Below the pieces are notes generated by a model. That model saw only the letters and a list, made by a program, of their open reading frames with translations. It did not search any database and was not told the origin of the DNA. Shown here one piece after another: positions 10,317 to 21,653 of a DNA stretch of 26,183 nucleotides. The position numbers were made by a program, and so were the translations under genes. Positions within the stretch are counted from its first letter, which is position 1, and each line of letters begins with the position of its first letter. The DNA is from Veleropilina oligotropha (lineage: Eukaryota): the NCBI GenBank assembly GCA_048128005.1, contig JBEUKZ010000081.1:248001-274183 (forward strand), given 5' to 3'.

Positions 10317-10559
10317 AAACTTCGGATGAGGTCTTGACCCTTGGTCACGAGGATCTCGCGGGAGTTGGCGAGCTCTTAATAGGCATGAACTGGAGGAGGT
10401 CGAGCAGGTCAGTGGGTCAACTGGGTTAAATTTACTAAAAAGTGCGAAATTACCATTTCCACCTTGTCCGGATTTAGCGATAATAGGCTTATTATGGCAT
10501 TAGTAAGGACGTAAGTATATTATTATAGATACAAGGGGATTACTCTTAATCCTCCTATC
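10317..10559 (-). repeat. DIRS right inverted terminal repeat plus right extension (10532-10559)
   Basis: Reverse complement of the left ITR, followed by CAAGGGGATTACTCTTAATCCTCCTATC, which is matched only in the ICR. Confidence 0.97.
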
Positions 10560-10607
10560 AATGATACATAAATGGCATATATTTGTAATGATGCATTATT
10601 ATTTCAG

Positions 10608-10682
10608 ACAGATCTTGTCGCTTTGTGTATTGAACACTATGAATTGCTGTATGATGCAACAGAGTTGTCTCCCTTGTCACAA
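10608..10682 (+). CDS. HPS3: HPS3-like coding exon (first seen in window)
   Basis: tttcAG|75 bp|GTatgt; TDLVALCIEHYELLYDATELSPLSQ; phase 0/0. Confidence 0.75.
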
Positions 10683-10929
10683 GTATGTGATAGATGTACA
10701 TACAAACTGTTTCTAACATTGTTACTGTATTCAAATCGTTGTATGTTTAGCTTGTCGACCACTTATACCAATTTCTTTTCTACGATTTCGACATCAAGAT
10801 CACTAGGTTAAGTTATCAACAAATACTGTAAATGACTTTGTTTTCGAGGGTTATAATTTTCATGGTTTTGTTTAAAAAGGCTTTTTCTTTGGGCCCGTAT
10901 TTACATTGATTTCATATTTTGGAATATAA

Positions 10930-11005
10930 TAAATTTACAACCTTCAGGTTCAAAGCAGGAAATGTCCATATTATCGAGAGGAAAGCCCGGTCCCCCGGGG
11001 AAATC
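10930..11005 (-). repeat. SINE 3' fragment (family of 21654-21915)
   Basis: Shares AGGTTCAA..GCAGGA..TGTCC..TTATCG..GAGGAAA..CCCGG with the full copies. Confidence 0.6.
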
Positions 11006-11049
11006 AACTTTTCTGCAATCCTGCTAGTCAGAGCAGTCAAGACCACTCG

Positions 11050-11289
11050 ATTCGATGGCAACATCATTGTCCGCAAATTGGTTACTCAACAGGAACAATA
11101 GCATTAGGACTCGTGGGTCTAGTGTGTCGTCACCTAATAAGTGTTCGGGAAATTTTGGGGTGACTTGCTAAGGATCTTTTGTATCTATGTTTTGATAATC
11201 TAATCATGGCGCTACTAATAAGAGAATAAATAAGTATACGATAGCATTATTATCAGCCAGAATATATTATGTGTTCACAACTCCTTTAA
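11050..11289 (-). mobile_element. Truncated end of a non-autonomous DNA transposon (TTAA-AGG terminus, Kolobok-like)
   Basis: Close inverted copy of 20426-20666; ends GTGTTCACAACTCCT-TTAA. Confidence 0.7.
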
Positions 11290-11334
11290 GCATAACATCT
11301 GCCCTTGTAACTCTGCTTTTATTGTTACTGTTAG

Positions 11335-11433
11335 GTGATGAGACAGCATTGCTCTCAGGTGTTTATTGACATATTGGTTGCTCTGCACGACCAGCAGGTG
11401 TTACTCATGGATCAGGCGATAAGGCTGCTACAG
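11335..11433 (+). CDS. HPS3: HPS3-like coding exon
   Basis: ttAG|99 bp|GTaggc; VMRQHCSQVFIDILVALHDQQVLLMDQAIRLLQ. Confidence 0.8.
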
Positions 11434-11897
11434 GTAGGCTCAAGTATTTAATGCGAAGTGGCTATTCGTACGGATGACAAAATGAATGAACCCGAGATCT
11501 GTGTGTGCGGAAAGTGCTGTGCACGTTTGTTGCACAAAGGTGTTCCGAATGTACAAAAAATGAAATGGTGAAATGAAAAATTAACTGCAAATAAAATATA
11601 AGCATTACGTTGCAATATTGGCAGTCTTAAAATTTTGAAGCAGACTTGGTTAATAATCAGGACGATTAAAAGAAAGGAAAGGAACCTTACTTGTAGAAAG
11701 CAGGGTGATCGTTACGTAATTGTCAACAACCTGACATTGATCAACCATTAAGAATTAAAATGAATGTATTCTTTGACACTTCAAGATCGTGTATGAATTC
11801 GAAAACATCCCTACGGTTGAATTTCACTTTACACTCTCTCTATTTCTCTGTAACACGGCTGGCTAGATTATCTCCCCTTAGCTAGTACAGTATATAA

Positions 11898-12682
11898 TTA
11901 TGCCCCCACAAACGAAGTTTATGGGGGGGCATATAGGAGTCAGCTTGTCTGTCGGCCGGTCTGTTGCAAATTCCCATCCGCTTCATATCTCGGACACTAT
12001 TTAACCGAGAGACATGAAAGTTCATGTGTGCATGCGTCATAACCCAAAGGTGTGTCGCGTACCGAAAGTAGGTCACCACGACCTACTTTTCCTGCTTGAC
12101 TGCACTTAATCCAAAATTTCCTTCCGCTCCATATCTCCCATACTATTTGACTGAGGGACATGAAACTTGATGTGTTTATGCGTCATAACCCAAAGGTGTG
12201 TCACGTATCGAAAGTAGGTCATTGCGACCTATTTTTCGGATTTGACCACATTTGGTCCAAATTTCCCTTCCACTCCATATCTTCCATACTATTTGACAGA
12301 GGGACACAAAACTTGATGTGTTTATGCATCATAACCCAAAGGTGTCGCGTACCAAAAGTAGGTCACCACGACTTACTTTTCATGCTTGACCACATTTGGT
12401 CCAAAAGTCCCTTCCGATCCATATCTCCCATACTATTTGACCAAGGGACATGAAACTTCATATGTGTATGCATCATAACTGAAAGGTGTTGCGTACCGAA
12501 AGTAGGTCACCGTGACCTACTTTTCACAATTGACCGCATTCAGTCTAAAATTCACTTCCGCTCCATAGCTCCCATACTATTTGACTGAGGGACATGAAAC
12601 TTCATGTGTGTATGCAACAGCCTGTTCCTGGGTCAAACGCTTTTGTGTGGGGCATATGATCACTCCTGTGATAGCTCTAGTT
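11898..12682 (+). mobile_element. HINE/DINE-1-like (Helentron-associated) element with ~145-bp internal tandem repeats
   Basis: 5' subTIR ATGCCCCCAC plus nearby inverted GGGGGCAT; short GTCT/GTCG microsatellite; ~4 core repeats; 3' GTGGGGCAT and ATCACtcctGTGAT hairpin; TT flanks. Confidence 0.85.
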
Positions 12683-12829
12683 AATAATGTTCTGACTTGC
12701 AATCTTGTGACAAATAGCTTAATATTTAAAAATCTGTTAATAAAATTTTCGTTATAATAAAGATTTATTTTCCTGCAGCACCCAAATCAAAATTAATATG
12801 TCTTATACTTATGTATCTTCCTTTTCTAG

Positions 12830-12899
12830 GGTCAGACCTCGGATGAAGAGATTCATAAAAACACTCATGTCAGAGGTTATCTGGAAACTCTTCTGAATG
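12830..12899 (+). CDS. HPS3: HPS3-like coding exon
   Basis: cttttctAG|70 bp|GTaaaa; GQTSDEEIHKNTHVRGYLETLLN; ends in phase 1. Confidence 0.8.
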
Positions 12900-13058
12900 G
12901 TAAAACTATATATTGAGGACATTATTATTCTTCTGTGGACAAATGTTGGGGGCGATATGTATTATATAAATATTATCTACAAACCTGACATTTGTCTAAT
13001 ACTAATGATACCGCATTATGACAAAGTTTCCCGTAGTCATATTTCCCAGTGATCATGC

Positions 13059-13615
13059 TTATACCCCCGTGCTACGAAGTAACTGGTGGGATATAGCATT
13101 CATAATGAGCGAAAGGGGTGGGCAATGCTTTTGCCATGATCATATCTCTCAAACCATACAGGCTAGATTGATGAAACATGGTACACATATTAACTAGGGT
13201 GAGTAACTTGTAACCGATAAAAGTCAGCTAAGGTGCCGGTAGTTACGTGCTGTTTCAGCCGACAGGTCGCATTTTGATGACAGTGTGACTTTTTGAGCCG
13301 ATATGTCTGCTTTTATGACTGATACGTCTGTTTTTTATGCCGATTTGGCGATTTTTTCACCGATAGATAGGAAGGCCTGATAATGCGCGAAAGGGAAATG
13401 GTGTGCAGAGCTTTTGTCTGGAGCATATCTCCAAACTGTACAGGATAGCTTCACAAAACTTGGTACACACAATAACTAAGGCGAGCACTTTTCCCTTTAA
13501 ATTTTGTTTTTTTCGATTTTCTGTGATTTATATTTTTTAACAAAATGATTTACATAGACTAAAATGACCAAAAACACAGAACAGGGGTACAGTATATGTC
13601 TTTGTTGTACTGTAT
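13059..13615 (+). repeat. Degenerate HINE-like repeat of another family
   Basis: TTATACCCCCG..GGGATATA start; two related blocks at ~13141 and ~13424; GGGGTA near the end. Confidence 0.4.
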
Positions 13616-13770
13616 ATAATAATATTGTACAATTAATTCACAAAAGGTGAGTCGCCGGTGAAGTAATGGATAATATTTTTATAAACTTTTGATTGACTTT
13701 GTGTAGTACCAGTACTTCCTGTCAACATTTTAACCAAATAACATCGCTGATATTGCAGAACTGTCTCTTG

Positions 13771-14445
13771 TTATGCTCCCACAAATGAATTTTAGGGGGG
13801 ATATATGAGTCAGCTTGTCTGTCTGTCCGTCCGTCTGTCAGCCGGTCTGTTGCAAATTCCCTTCGCTCCATATCTCCAATACTATTTGACCGAGGGACAC
13901 GAAACGTGATGTGTGCATGCGTCATAACCCAAAGGTGTGTCGCGTACTAAAAGTAGGTCACCACGACCTACTTTTCATGCTTGACTGCACTTAATCCAAA
14001 ATTCTCTTCCGTCCCATATCTCCTATACTATTTGACCAAGGCACACAAAACTTGATGTGTGTATGCGTCATAACCCAATGGTGTGTCGCGTACCAAAAGT
14101 AGGTCACCGCGACCTACTTTTCACTCTTGACCACATTTGGTCCAAATTTCCCTTCCGCTCCATATCTCCCATATTATTTGGCCAAGGGACACGAAACTTG
14201 AGGTGTGCATGCGTCATAACCCAAAGGTATGTCGGGTACCAAAAGTAGGTCACCACGTACCGAAAGTAGGTCACCACGACCTACTTTTCACACTTGACTG
14301 CATTCAGTCTAAAATTCCCTTCCGCTCCATATCTCCCAAACAATTTGACTTAGCGACATAAAACTTCATGTGTTTATGCAACAGCCTGTTCCTGGGTCAA
14401 ACTCTTTCGTGGGGGCATGTGATCACTCCTGTGATAGCTTTAGTT
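13771..14445 (+). mobile_element. HINE-like element, second copy
   Basis: Same termini, microsatellite and ~146-bp core repeats as 11898-12682. Confidence 0.85.
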
Positions 14446-14587
14446 AATATATATATCAATATTGTAAATGCAAATCACATTTTTTCTGAAAGGCTTATGT
14501 GGGAACTACACATACGGACAAAACACTTGAGCCTCATGATCATTTAACATCTGCCCCATCATTAACCAGCGATAGCCTGCTTGAAGT

Positions 14588-15053
14588 TATAATATAGAGG
14601 GTATTTGATGGTATGTCAGAAATATTAAATATATTTTGTCAAGTGAAATATATCTTAGCGGATTCACGAAAGGCCGGAGGCCTTGAGTGAATCGGCTAGG
14701 ATATAGTTCACGAGACAAAATATATTTAATATTACTAACATAACATCGAATGCTCTATTTATTATATAAATCGGTTAGTTATCAATTAAATAATGTTACC
14801 ATAATTGTATAACCATGCTTATTTTTGTGGAATACGTTGTTGACGTTGTAATGTTGAAAAGAGGTTCGCGATCATAACGTCGCCATGGAGAACGTTTATG
14901 ACGTCACGTTATGACGCGTTTTTGATATTTTCACTCACGAGAGTGAAATATGGAAAATATTTTCACTCACGTCAGTGAAATTATATATGAGTGAATTACC
15001 GATTATATTTTTGCCATTATTTAACGAATAACAGAACCATTTATATAATAAAC
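14588..15053. repeat. Hairpin-bearing interspersed repeat, unclassified
   Basis: ~180-bp imperfect palindrome centred on GGCCGGAGGCC; TTTATTATATAAAT/ATTTATATAATAAA inverted pair; tandem TTTCACTCAC..GTGAAA palindromes. Confidence 0.6.
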
Positions 15054-15364
15054 TTATATATCACATGCAATGAAGAGCATATATCGAATCCTGTCTAACG
15101 TATGTGCATGCATCGTCAACCAAGCATGCCATGCTAAATGCACACTATCATGCACGCATTAAGTTCACAATTCTTGTAAAATATGTTTGAATTAATAAAA
15201 ACAAAATTTGACACATTTTTGTTTTACGTAACATATAATATCGCCATATTACCCAAAAGCAGTGGAACTGTAACAGACATGTTCGATGCCCATCAACTGA
15301 TAATTAATATTTCACTAAATGAAATCTTTCTTATGTAAGCACATTTAACGACTTTATTTTTCAG

Positions 15365-15399
15365 ACAAGAAAAGGAAATTTATTTTTAGTGAAGCTTCC
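15365..15399 (+). CDS. HPS3: HPS3-like 35-bp coding exon
   Basis: tttttcAG|35 bp|GTaagt; (D)KKRKFIFSEAS; converts phase 1 to phase 0 as the neighbouring exons require. Confidence 0.8.
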
Positions 15400-15420
15400 G
15401 TAAGTATATATACATTAATA

Positions 15421-15628
15421 CTGTAAAACCCTATATTTTAGCGTGCCTTTTATTTTCGTGAGTTTCGCGTATCTAATATTATCGCGAAAATAAAAGGCCG
15501 CAAAATATTTTATGGATTAAAGCTCAATTAACTTATGGATTAAAAATCGCTAATTTACAAGGCCGCTAATATACAGGTATATGAGAAATTGCTAAATTTT
15601 ATGCCCGCTAAAATATAGGGGTTTACAG
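15421..15628. mobile_element. MITE with TIRs and TA target duplication (Tc1/mariner-like)
   Basis: TA|CTGTAAAACCCTATATTTTAGCG ... CGCTAAAATATAGGGGTTTACAG|TA. Confidence 0.85.
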
Positions 15629-15902
15629 TACATGTATGGTATTCGACATATAATTAAGCGCCCCAACAATTGGGACAGTTACCAGATGGTGTAGGTTATT
15701 AGAGCTTGTTTGAATGTGTTGAAAAATCATTTAAATATGAAAAATAATTGTTTACTGATAACATTTAATTACTAATTTAAAAGTAAATACAAGTAAATGA
15801 ATATGCAAGTGTTGCTCTAAATGTTGTATTTTATCTCGTACATAAGACTGATGTTTTGATGGTCCATACAGCTGTCGTAATTCTGCTATCCTTCTGTTGT
15901 AG

Positions 15903-15992
15903 ACGCTGCTTTGTGACATCTACGTCCGGCGGTTGCGGGAATGGAGGCCTCCCACATTCAGGCATCTGGGAAATTCTAAACAGTTTCAGTTG
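15903..15992 (+). CDS. HPS3: HPS3-like coding exon
   Basis: gtAG|90 bp|GTaagg; TLLCDIYVRRLREWRPPTFRHLGNSKQFQL. Confidence 0.85.
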
Positions 15993-16262
15993 GTAAGGAT
16001 TGAATTGAGTATTTTTCTCAATACTGCTGTATCGTATTTTTGTAGGCCACCTAATGATATGTGATGTTAGGTATTTTGTATTACCTTGCTGGATATTTTA
16101 AAATAAGTAAAGTTTTTAACGTAATTGCTGTCAACTGCATTATTGACAGTTCAAAGTTTAAACCATGTTCCTGTCAATGTGACGGGTCATTATTGACATA
16201 TCACTCTATATCTATTTGCAGAACGAAGAATTTATTACTGGTAAATAATTATTGTATTTCAG

Positions 16263-16493
16263 CCAAAGGGAAATGGTCATTTTGGCAGTCGTCGTAGCTG
16301 GCTGGACTTTCTCCCGCCGTTTAATGGCCCGAGCTTCCTGAGTCAGCAGTGCCAGTATGTCTCATTCTCGCCGCCGTCACCCAGAGGAATGAGACCGGTG
16401 AATTCACCGCCGGTCAGGATTAAAATGGAAACAGTAGAAAACAAAGATGGCTGCCCCTGTTGTTTTTGTAATGAAGATTTGCTTAAGCTACAG
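16263..16493 (+). CDS. HPS3: HPS3-like coding exon
   Basis: tttcAG|231 bp|GTaaat; PKGNGHFGSRRSWLDFLPPF..CPCCFCNEDLLKLQ (vertebrate HPS3 has EDLSKLQSL, from recall). Confidence 0.85.
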
Positions 16494-16924
16494 GTAAATG
16501 CACTATTATGTACAAACAATTACAAAATTATAATTGTTGTAGATTATTTATGACCACAAATCAAGTTTTCATTGACAAACGGTTTATGATTTTCTGTGCA
16601 TTTATGATATGGAACTGAATTTAACATCTGGAGGCATTTGTAGGATGGTTATCCCACCATCATGATTCATATTTTGTGAAACTAATTTGGATAAATTCCT
16701 GAAAATTTTACATGATTCAAAGTATAAGCATTTATATATTGTTTAGCATGATGCCTTCTCATACGTCACATTTCATGCATTTTGCACCAGACAATTCAAA
16801 ACTTCCTCGTTAATGGTGGTATATTTTATTTATTTAAAATATAGTTCTGAATAAATCATCATTTTTCATTCAAGTTAACCGCGTGATTATGATCATCATC
16901 AGTGCAGGATTCTTTACTTTTCAG

Positions 16925-17137
16925 TCGATGCTCTGCTCTACATTCGCCACGGAAGCCTTCTCTGAGCTTGTTCACAGTTTAATTTGCAACTACGAAGGTC
17001 TTCGCGGATACGATTCGCTGCGTCTGCTGTGCATGTATAAAGAAAACATTTGCCCAGCAATCGATGTCCTTGTTGACAAATATCCTAAAGTGCTATCAGA
17101 GTTCAACGTTTCAGCCCTCGGAACCGACATTGAGCAG
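16925..17137 (+). CDS. HPS3: HPS3-like coding exon
   Basis: ttttcAG|213 bp|GTatgt; SMLCSTFA..SLRLLC..AIDVLVDKYPKV..DIEQ. Confidence 0.88.
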
Positions 17138-17364
17138 GTATGTAGGATCATGGCATTTTTACCATGAGATGGGTTGAGGTGAATCAGGTTACTAGTAATT
17201 GTTTTACGAGCACATTTTTGACAAGTTTCCAGTGGTATATGAATGCAGACACTAACGCTCTTCGCATTATGTGTGATATCCTTTCGAGTCGCAGTGTATG
17301 GAATGCATGTTTATAAATTTGTGCTACATCAGTTTGTTATAAATGGTGGGGTTTTGTATTCCAG

Positions 17365-17452
17365 TGGCGATACAGTGTTGGTGCACTGATGAGCACTCTG
17401 AGAGAAGCAACCACCACTAAGAGACGAAATGTGTACATCGACGCTATAAGAG
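17365..17452 (+). CDS. HPS3: HPS3-like coding exon
   Basis: ttccAG|88 bp|GTatta; WRYSVGALMSTLREATTTKRRNVYIDAIR; ends in phase 1. Confidence 0.82.
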
Positions 17453-17579
17453 GTATTATTTTCATTCGCAAAATCTCCGACAGTCTGGTCTAATTGACAT
17501 CATGTGGAGTTTAATAAAGAAACATGTATGTATGTCACAGATTAATAGCGATGACATTTAGTGAACTTCACGTAAGTGA

Positions 17580-18624
17580 TTTTTGGCTCGCATGCAACTC
17601 AAATGCGAGTCTATGTAATGAGCATGTCATCTGGCCGTTCGTCCATCCGGCCGACCGGCGTCAACAATTGGTTCACCTATTAATGTTTTTGGTTAAAGTT
17701 TCTCAATCATGCCAGATATCACTATTTCATTGTTACCTGACCCTAAATAAATAATATTGAAGGTAATTTAATTTAAATTTCACTATAAAATGTCAATTTT
17801 GAACTTACAAATTTTCGTTAAAGTTTATGATTCAAGTTTCTCAAGCATGCTATATTTGCATTGTTCTTTAATTGTCAGATATCACTATTTCATTGTCATT
17901 ATGCCCCCACAAACGAAGCTTAGGGTGGCATATAGGAGTCAGCTTGTCTGTCGGTCTGTCTGTTGCAAATTCTCTTCCACTCCATATCTCCGATACTATT
18001 TCGCCTAGGGACACGAAACTTGATGTGTAGATGTATCATAACCCAAAGGTGTGTCTGTACCGAAAGTAGGTCACTGCGACCTACTTTTCACACTTGACCG
18101 CACTTGGTCCAAAATTCCCTTCGCTCCATATCTCCGATACTATTTCGCCTAGGACAAGAAACGTTGTGTGCTTGCATCATAACCAAAATGTGTGTATCGT
18201 ACTGAAAGTAGGTCACCGCGACCTACTTTTCACACTTGGTCCAAATTTCCCTTCTGCTCAATATCTCCCATACTATTTGACCTAGGGACACGAAACTTGA
18301 TGTGTCTATGCGTCATAACCCAAAGGTGTCGCGTTCTGAAAATAGGTCACTGTGACCTACTTTTCACGCTTGACTGCATTTGGTCCAAAATTCCCTTCGC
18401 TCCAATATTATCTCCCATACTATTTGACCTAGGGACACGAAATTTGCTGTGTGGATGCATCATAACACAAAGGTGTCTCATACCGAAAGTAGGTCACTGC
18501 GACATACTTGTCACACATATGATTACTCCTGTGATAACTCTAGTTTAATTTCATTTAATCGAAATTTACCTATAAATTACCACTTTTGGACACATGCGAG
18601 CCATTTCGAGCTTTAACTCTTGTT
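17580..18624 (+). mobile_element. Outer HINE-like element interrupted by a nested HINE
   Basis: 5' TGGCTCGCAT (17584) with nearby inverted ATGCGAG; GTCC-like microsatellite; 3' ATGCGAGCCA (18594-18603), small hairpin and TTGTT end. Confidence 0.7.
17899..18545 (+). mobile_element. HINE-like element, third copy (nested)
   Basis: TTATGCCCCCACAAACGAAG start; same core repeats; ends CTCCTGTGATAACTCTAGTT. Confidence 0.85.
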
Positions 18625-18899
18625 AATTAAGTACCACTATGGGAGATAACCACGCCCACCGGTTTACAGAGAAATTTCAGTTACAAGTACTATATTTCAC
18701 AATATTTCAGTTCTATACGTTAGAGTGAAAGATTTTGCGGAACCGAGACAGTAACAAACATCGTTGAAAGCCAGGCAATGTGTAGTCAAAATTATCCAAC
18801 GACTTCAGATTCATCAAAACATTCCATGTGATGTACAATTTATTTCACAATAAATGGCATGTCATAATCGTAATTATATTTATTAATTTACCGATTCAG

Positions 18900-19078
18900 G
18901 TGTGCTCCTGGAGATGACCACTATTTTATCACCCATTCAATTTCTTGATCTTCTACCTGGCGAAGGAAACATGGCGTTCTTCACTCCATATTTGGAACAG
19001 TGTTACCAACGGCAACAAGCAAATGAACTATGTATGCAGATCAGAAGGAAAGCAGAAACACTCCGAATCGGAACTTAG
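18900..19078 (+). CDS. HPS3: HPS3-like terminal coding exon
   Basis: ttcAG|..TAG; VLLEMTTILSPIQFLDLLPGEGNMAFFTPYLEQC.. resembles the HPS3 C-terminus FMNVLPEDGTATFFLPYL (from recall); the nine exons total 1080 nt in frame. Confidence 0.88.
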
Positions 19079-19719
19079 CCTATTGTTCATTGTCTTTTAA
19101 TGGCAATTTCTTCAGGTTTGAATTATGATAAAAGTAATGGATATAAGCTGAATGACGATCCATTCTTAATAATATCGGTCCGGCCAAGGCGTGATAGCGC
19201 CGAGGCCAACCGATATATTTAACAATGGGTTGTCCGAGGCTTTTAATAACATATCGCATTATTTAAATCATATTAATGCGTTTAAATAATATAACTTCAG
19301 TATTAATATTTTAAAACAGCAATAATAAATTATTTTCGTTGTTAATTTCAATACTGATATCGGGTATTCTTCACACAGCCCGGCGATCTAATTACAGTTC
19401 CTTGTTGATACAAACAAACTGCATGCTTTTAAAGGAACTCTCATCTGAGCCATCTCGGTATAGCTCGCACGTGATCGATCACCAGTTCAGTTGCACCAGT
19501 CTTAATTTGGGCAGCGACCTGTAAGGACATGAAATTTATCGCAAACATTCTGGATATTTATGTGCTACTAAGCTATCAATGTTGCCGCATCAAGCTGGAT
19601 TTATCACGGTCTGGAATTTGGAATATCATATACTTCGTTCACCTGGATTATAAATTTTACCATTCGTTTGCCTATGATGGAGGAAAATTTCTGCTTGCCA
19701 ATAAATTGCGTCTTTATTA

Positions 19720-19806
19720 TCCATTGTCAACTTATTGGATCATGTCATTGTTGTCCATTGTCAACTTATTGGATCGCGGCATTGTTTCCATTGTCAACAT
19801 ATTGGT
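19720..19806. repeat. Short tandem repeat, 3 x ~33-34 bp
   Basis: CCATTGTCAAC(T/A)TATTGG occurs three times. Confidence 0.8.
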
Positions 19807-20425
19807 CTGGGCAGCTCAGTGATCCATTATTAGAAATAATGGTCTCCCAAGACAATAGGATGACTTCACAGCAATAGTTTAATATGTAAGGACATGTAAT
19901 AATAATGATGTTATCACATTAATTTTATATACAAACGTTTCAATGCACCAAAACCATCATCTTTTTGAAATACCAGACAGTGTGAGTCATGTCATGGTGC
20001 CATTTGAATAAATGGTGTTATAATCTATAATTATTCGCAAGAAGGCAATGTGATTATCTGTTGAACATTAAAATATGAATGTTTATATCAATTTGTTTAT
20101 GTGAAACCAATAATATATAAGTTAATAATATATTTTTTTACTTAAAAGTTTTAATATATTATTGTTATTTATGCAGAAATAAAAAAAATCTGCATATACA
20201 TTATTATATCATACTTTTATTTCATGTCTTATTTTCAAATTTGTACACTCTGCATGACCCGAAACAATGTTAAAATGGACATTAAACACAAATATGAATG
20301 CAACCTATCCACTGACTGGTCTTGAGCAACCACACCAACCAATTTAAATAGAATGATCAAATTTAAATGTTGGGAACCGTCTGACCTGCAGACACAGAAT
20401 AATTTCCAATAAAATAAGATTTACT

Positions 20426-21041
20426 TTAAAGAACTTGTGAACACATAATATATTCTGGCTGATAATAATGCTACCGTATATTTATTTATTCTCTTATTAG
20501 TAGCGCCATGATTTAGATTATCAAAACATGGATACAAAAGTTCCTTAGCAAGTCACCCCGAAATTTCCCGAACACTTATTAGGTGATGACACACTAGACC
20601 CACGAATCGTAATGCTATTGTTCCTGTTGAGTAACCAATTTGCGGACAATGATGTTGACATCGAATTGAAAAGATTCAGAGCAGCCTTTCCATCGGCGAC
20701 GTCAAATTCGACCCCTGACCTGAAAATATGACTATTCTTGAGCTGATTGATTACTTCGCCAGGTCAGCTTACAATAAACGCGGACACTCGTGAAAGACTA
20801 ACACAACAAATAATATGATAGGAATATGCTGCATAGTCAAATTTCGCCTATATTATGAGTTTTGGTTCACAAATCATTTAATGGCGTTGAAGACAATAGT
20901 CCATAACCACACAGCAATGATACAAGGTAGATTAAATTTCAATTCATTTACTGACATGAGACGTAAAGTTGGATCGAACACGATTCGATCGCTTGTCTGG
21001 CGCTCTTGGTCATGTTACGGTGTTCACAATGGGCCGCTTAA
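20426..21041 (+). mobile_element. Putative Kolobok-like non-autonomous DNA transposon
   Basis: TTAA..TTGTGAACAC left end and GTGTTCACAA..TTAA right end; the first 240 bp are also present inverted at 11050-11289. Confidence 0.55.
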
Positions 21042-21340
21042 GATTTAAATAGTGGTTGAAACTTGTTTGTTTCAACTTTACGTCCCTATAAGTAAATGTT
21101 TATCTAATATCCATCTTTGTGACAATTCAACATTTGCTCCAAAGATATAAGTGGCCAGCTACTTTTGTCACAGGAGTACCCTATTCATGTTCCAATAAGG
21201 GCTGTAGATCACTAAGAATGCTGCATTGTTGAAGTGATGGCAATGGTAGGCCCTCGTTAATCTTTTCAAACAACACTGAGTGGTTGAAAAATGCTGTACT
21301 TGCCAACAAATGTCATATTGCATACAGCTTCACAGTACAG

Positions 21341-21575
21341 GCTGCCCCGGTAGTCTTGTGGTGTAGAGTGCAGACTCTGAAATCACTGTCTCGATTGCAT
21401 TAACTAACAGGAAAGGGTGCGAATCTCGGCTGGTGCATTACCTTTCTTGTTCAGTTATCAATAACAGTTGTCCGTAACTGGACTGAGAGGGCTGGTTTCC
21501 CAGAGTTTTCCTCTCGCGTTATTATGGACATATCCTGCCTTGAACCTGATGGTTGTAAATATGCAAGTCAATCCA
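21341..21575 (+). mobile_element. Diverged tRNA-derived SINE
   Basis: Degenerate A/B boxes; body matches the reverse complement of 21654-21915 (ACAGTTGTCCGT, GGACAT.TCCTGCCTTGAACCT). Confidence 0.7.
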
Positions 21576-21653
21576 TCCTGACAACCTCAGAAACCACCAA
21601 AGAGGGAGATTTCTTCGACGACACTGTATATATATACATAAATATATTATGTG

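Larger units (their letters stand above)
3134..10559 (+). mobile_element. Full-length DIRS1-like tyrosine-recombinase retrotransposon (7426 bp)
   Basis: Inverted terminal repeats, right extension and ICR complementary to both termini; gag, RT-RNaseH-MT and YR frames; TATC at both ends. Confidence 0.97.

Noticed and set aside
17385..17400. CTGATGAG hammerhead-like core
   Set aside because: Lies inside a coding exon and lacks the required stems
21060..21330. Minus-strand peptide FFNHSVLFEKINEGLPLP faintly resembling a Harbinger transposase
   Set aside because: Too short, ends in a stop, no catalytic motif
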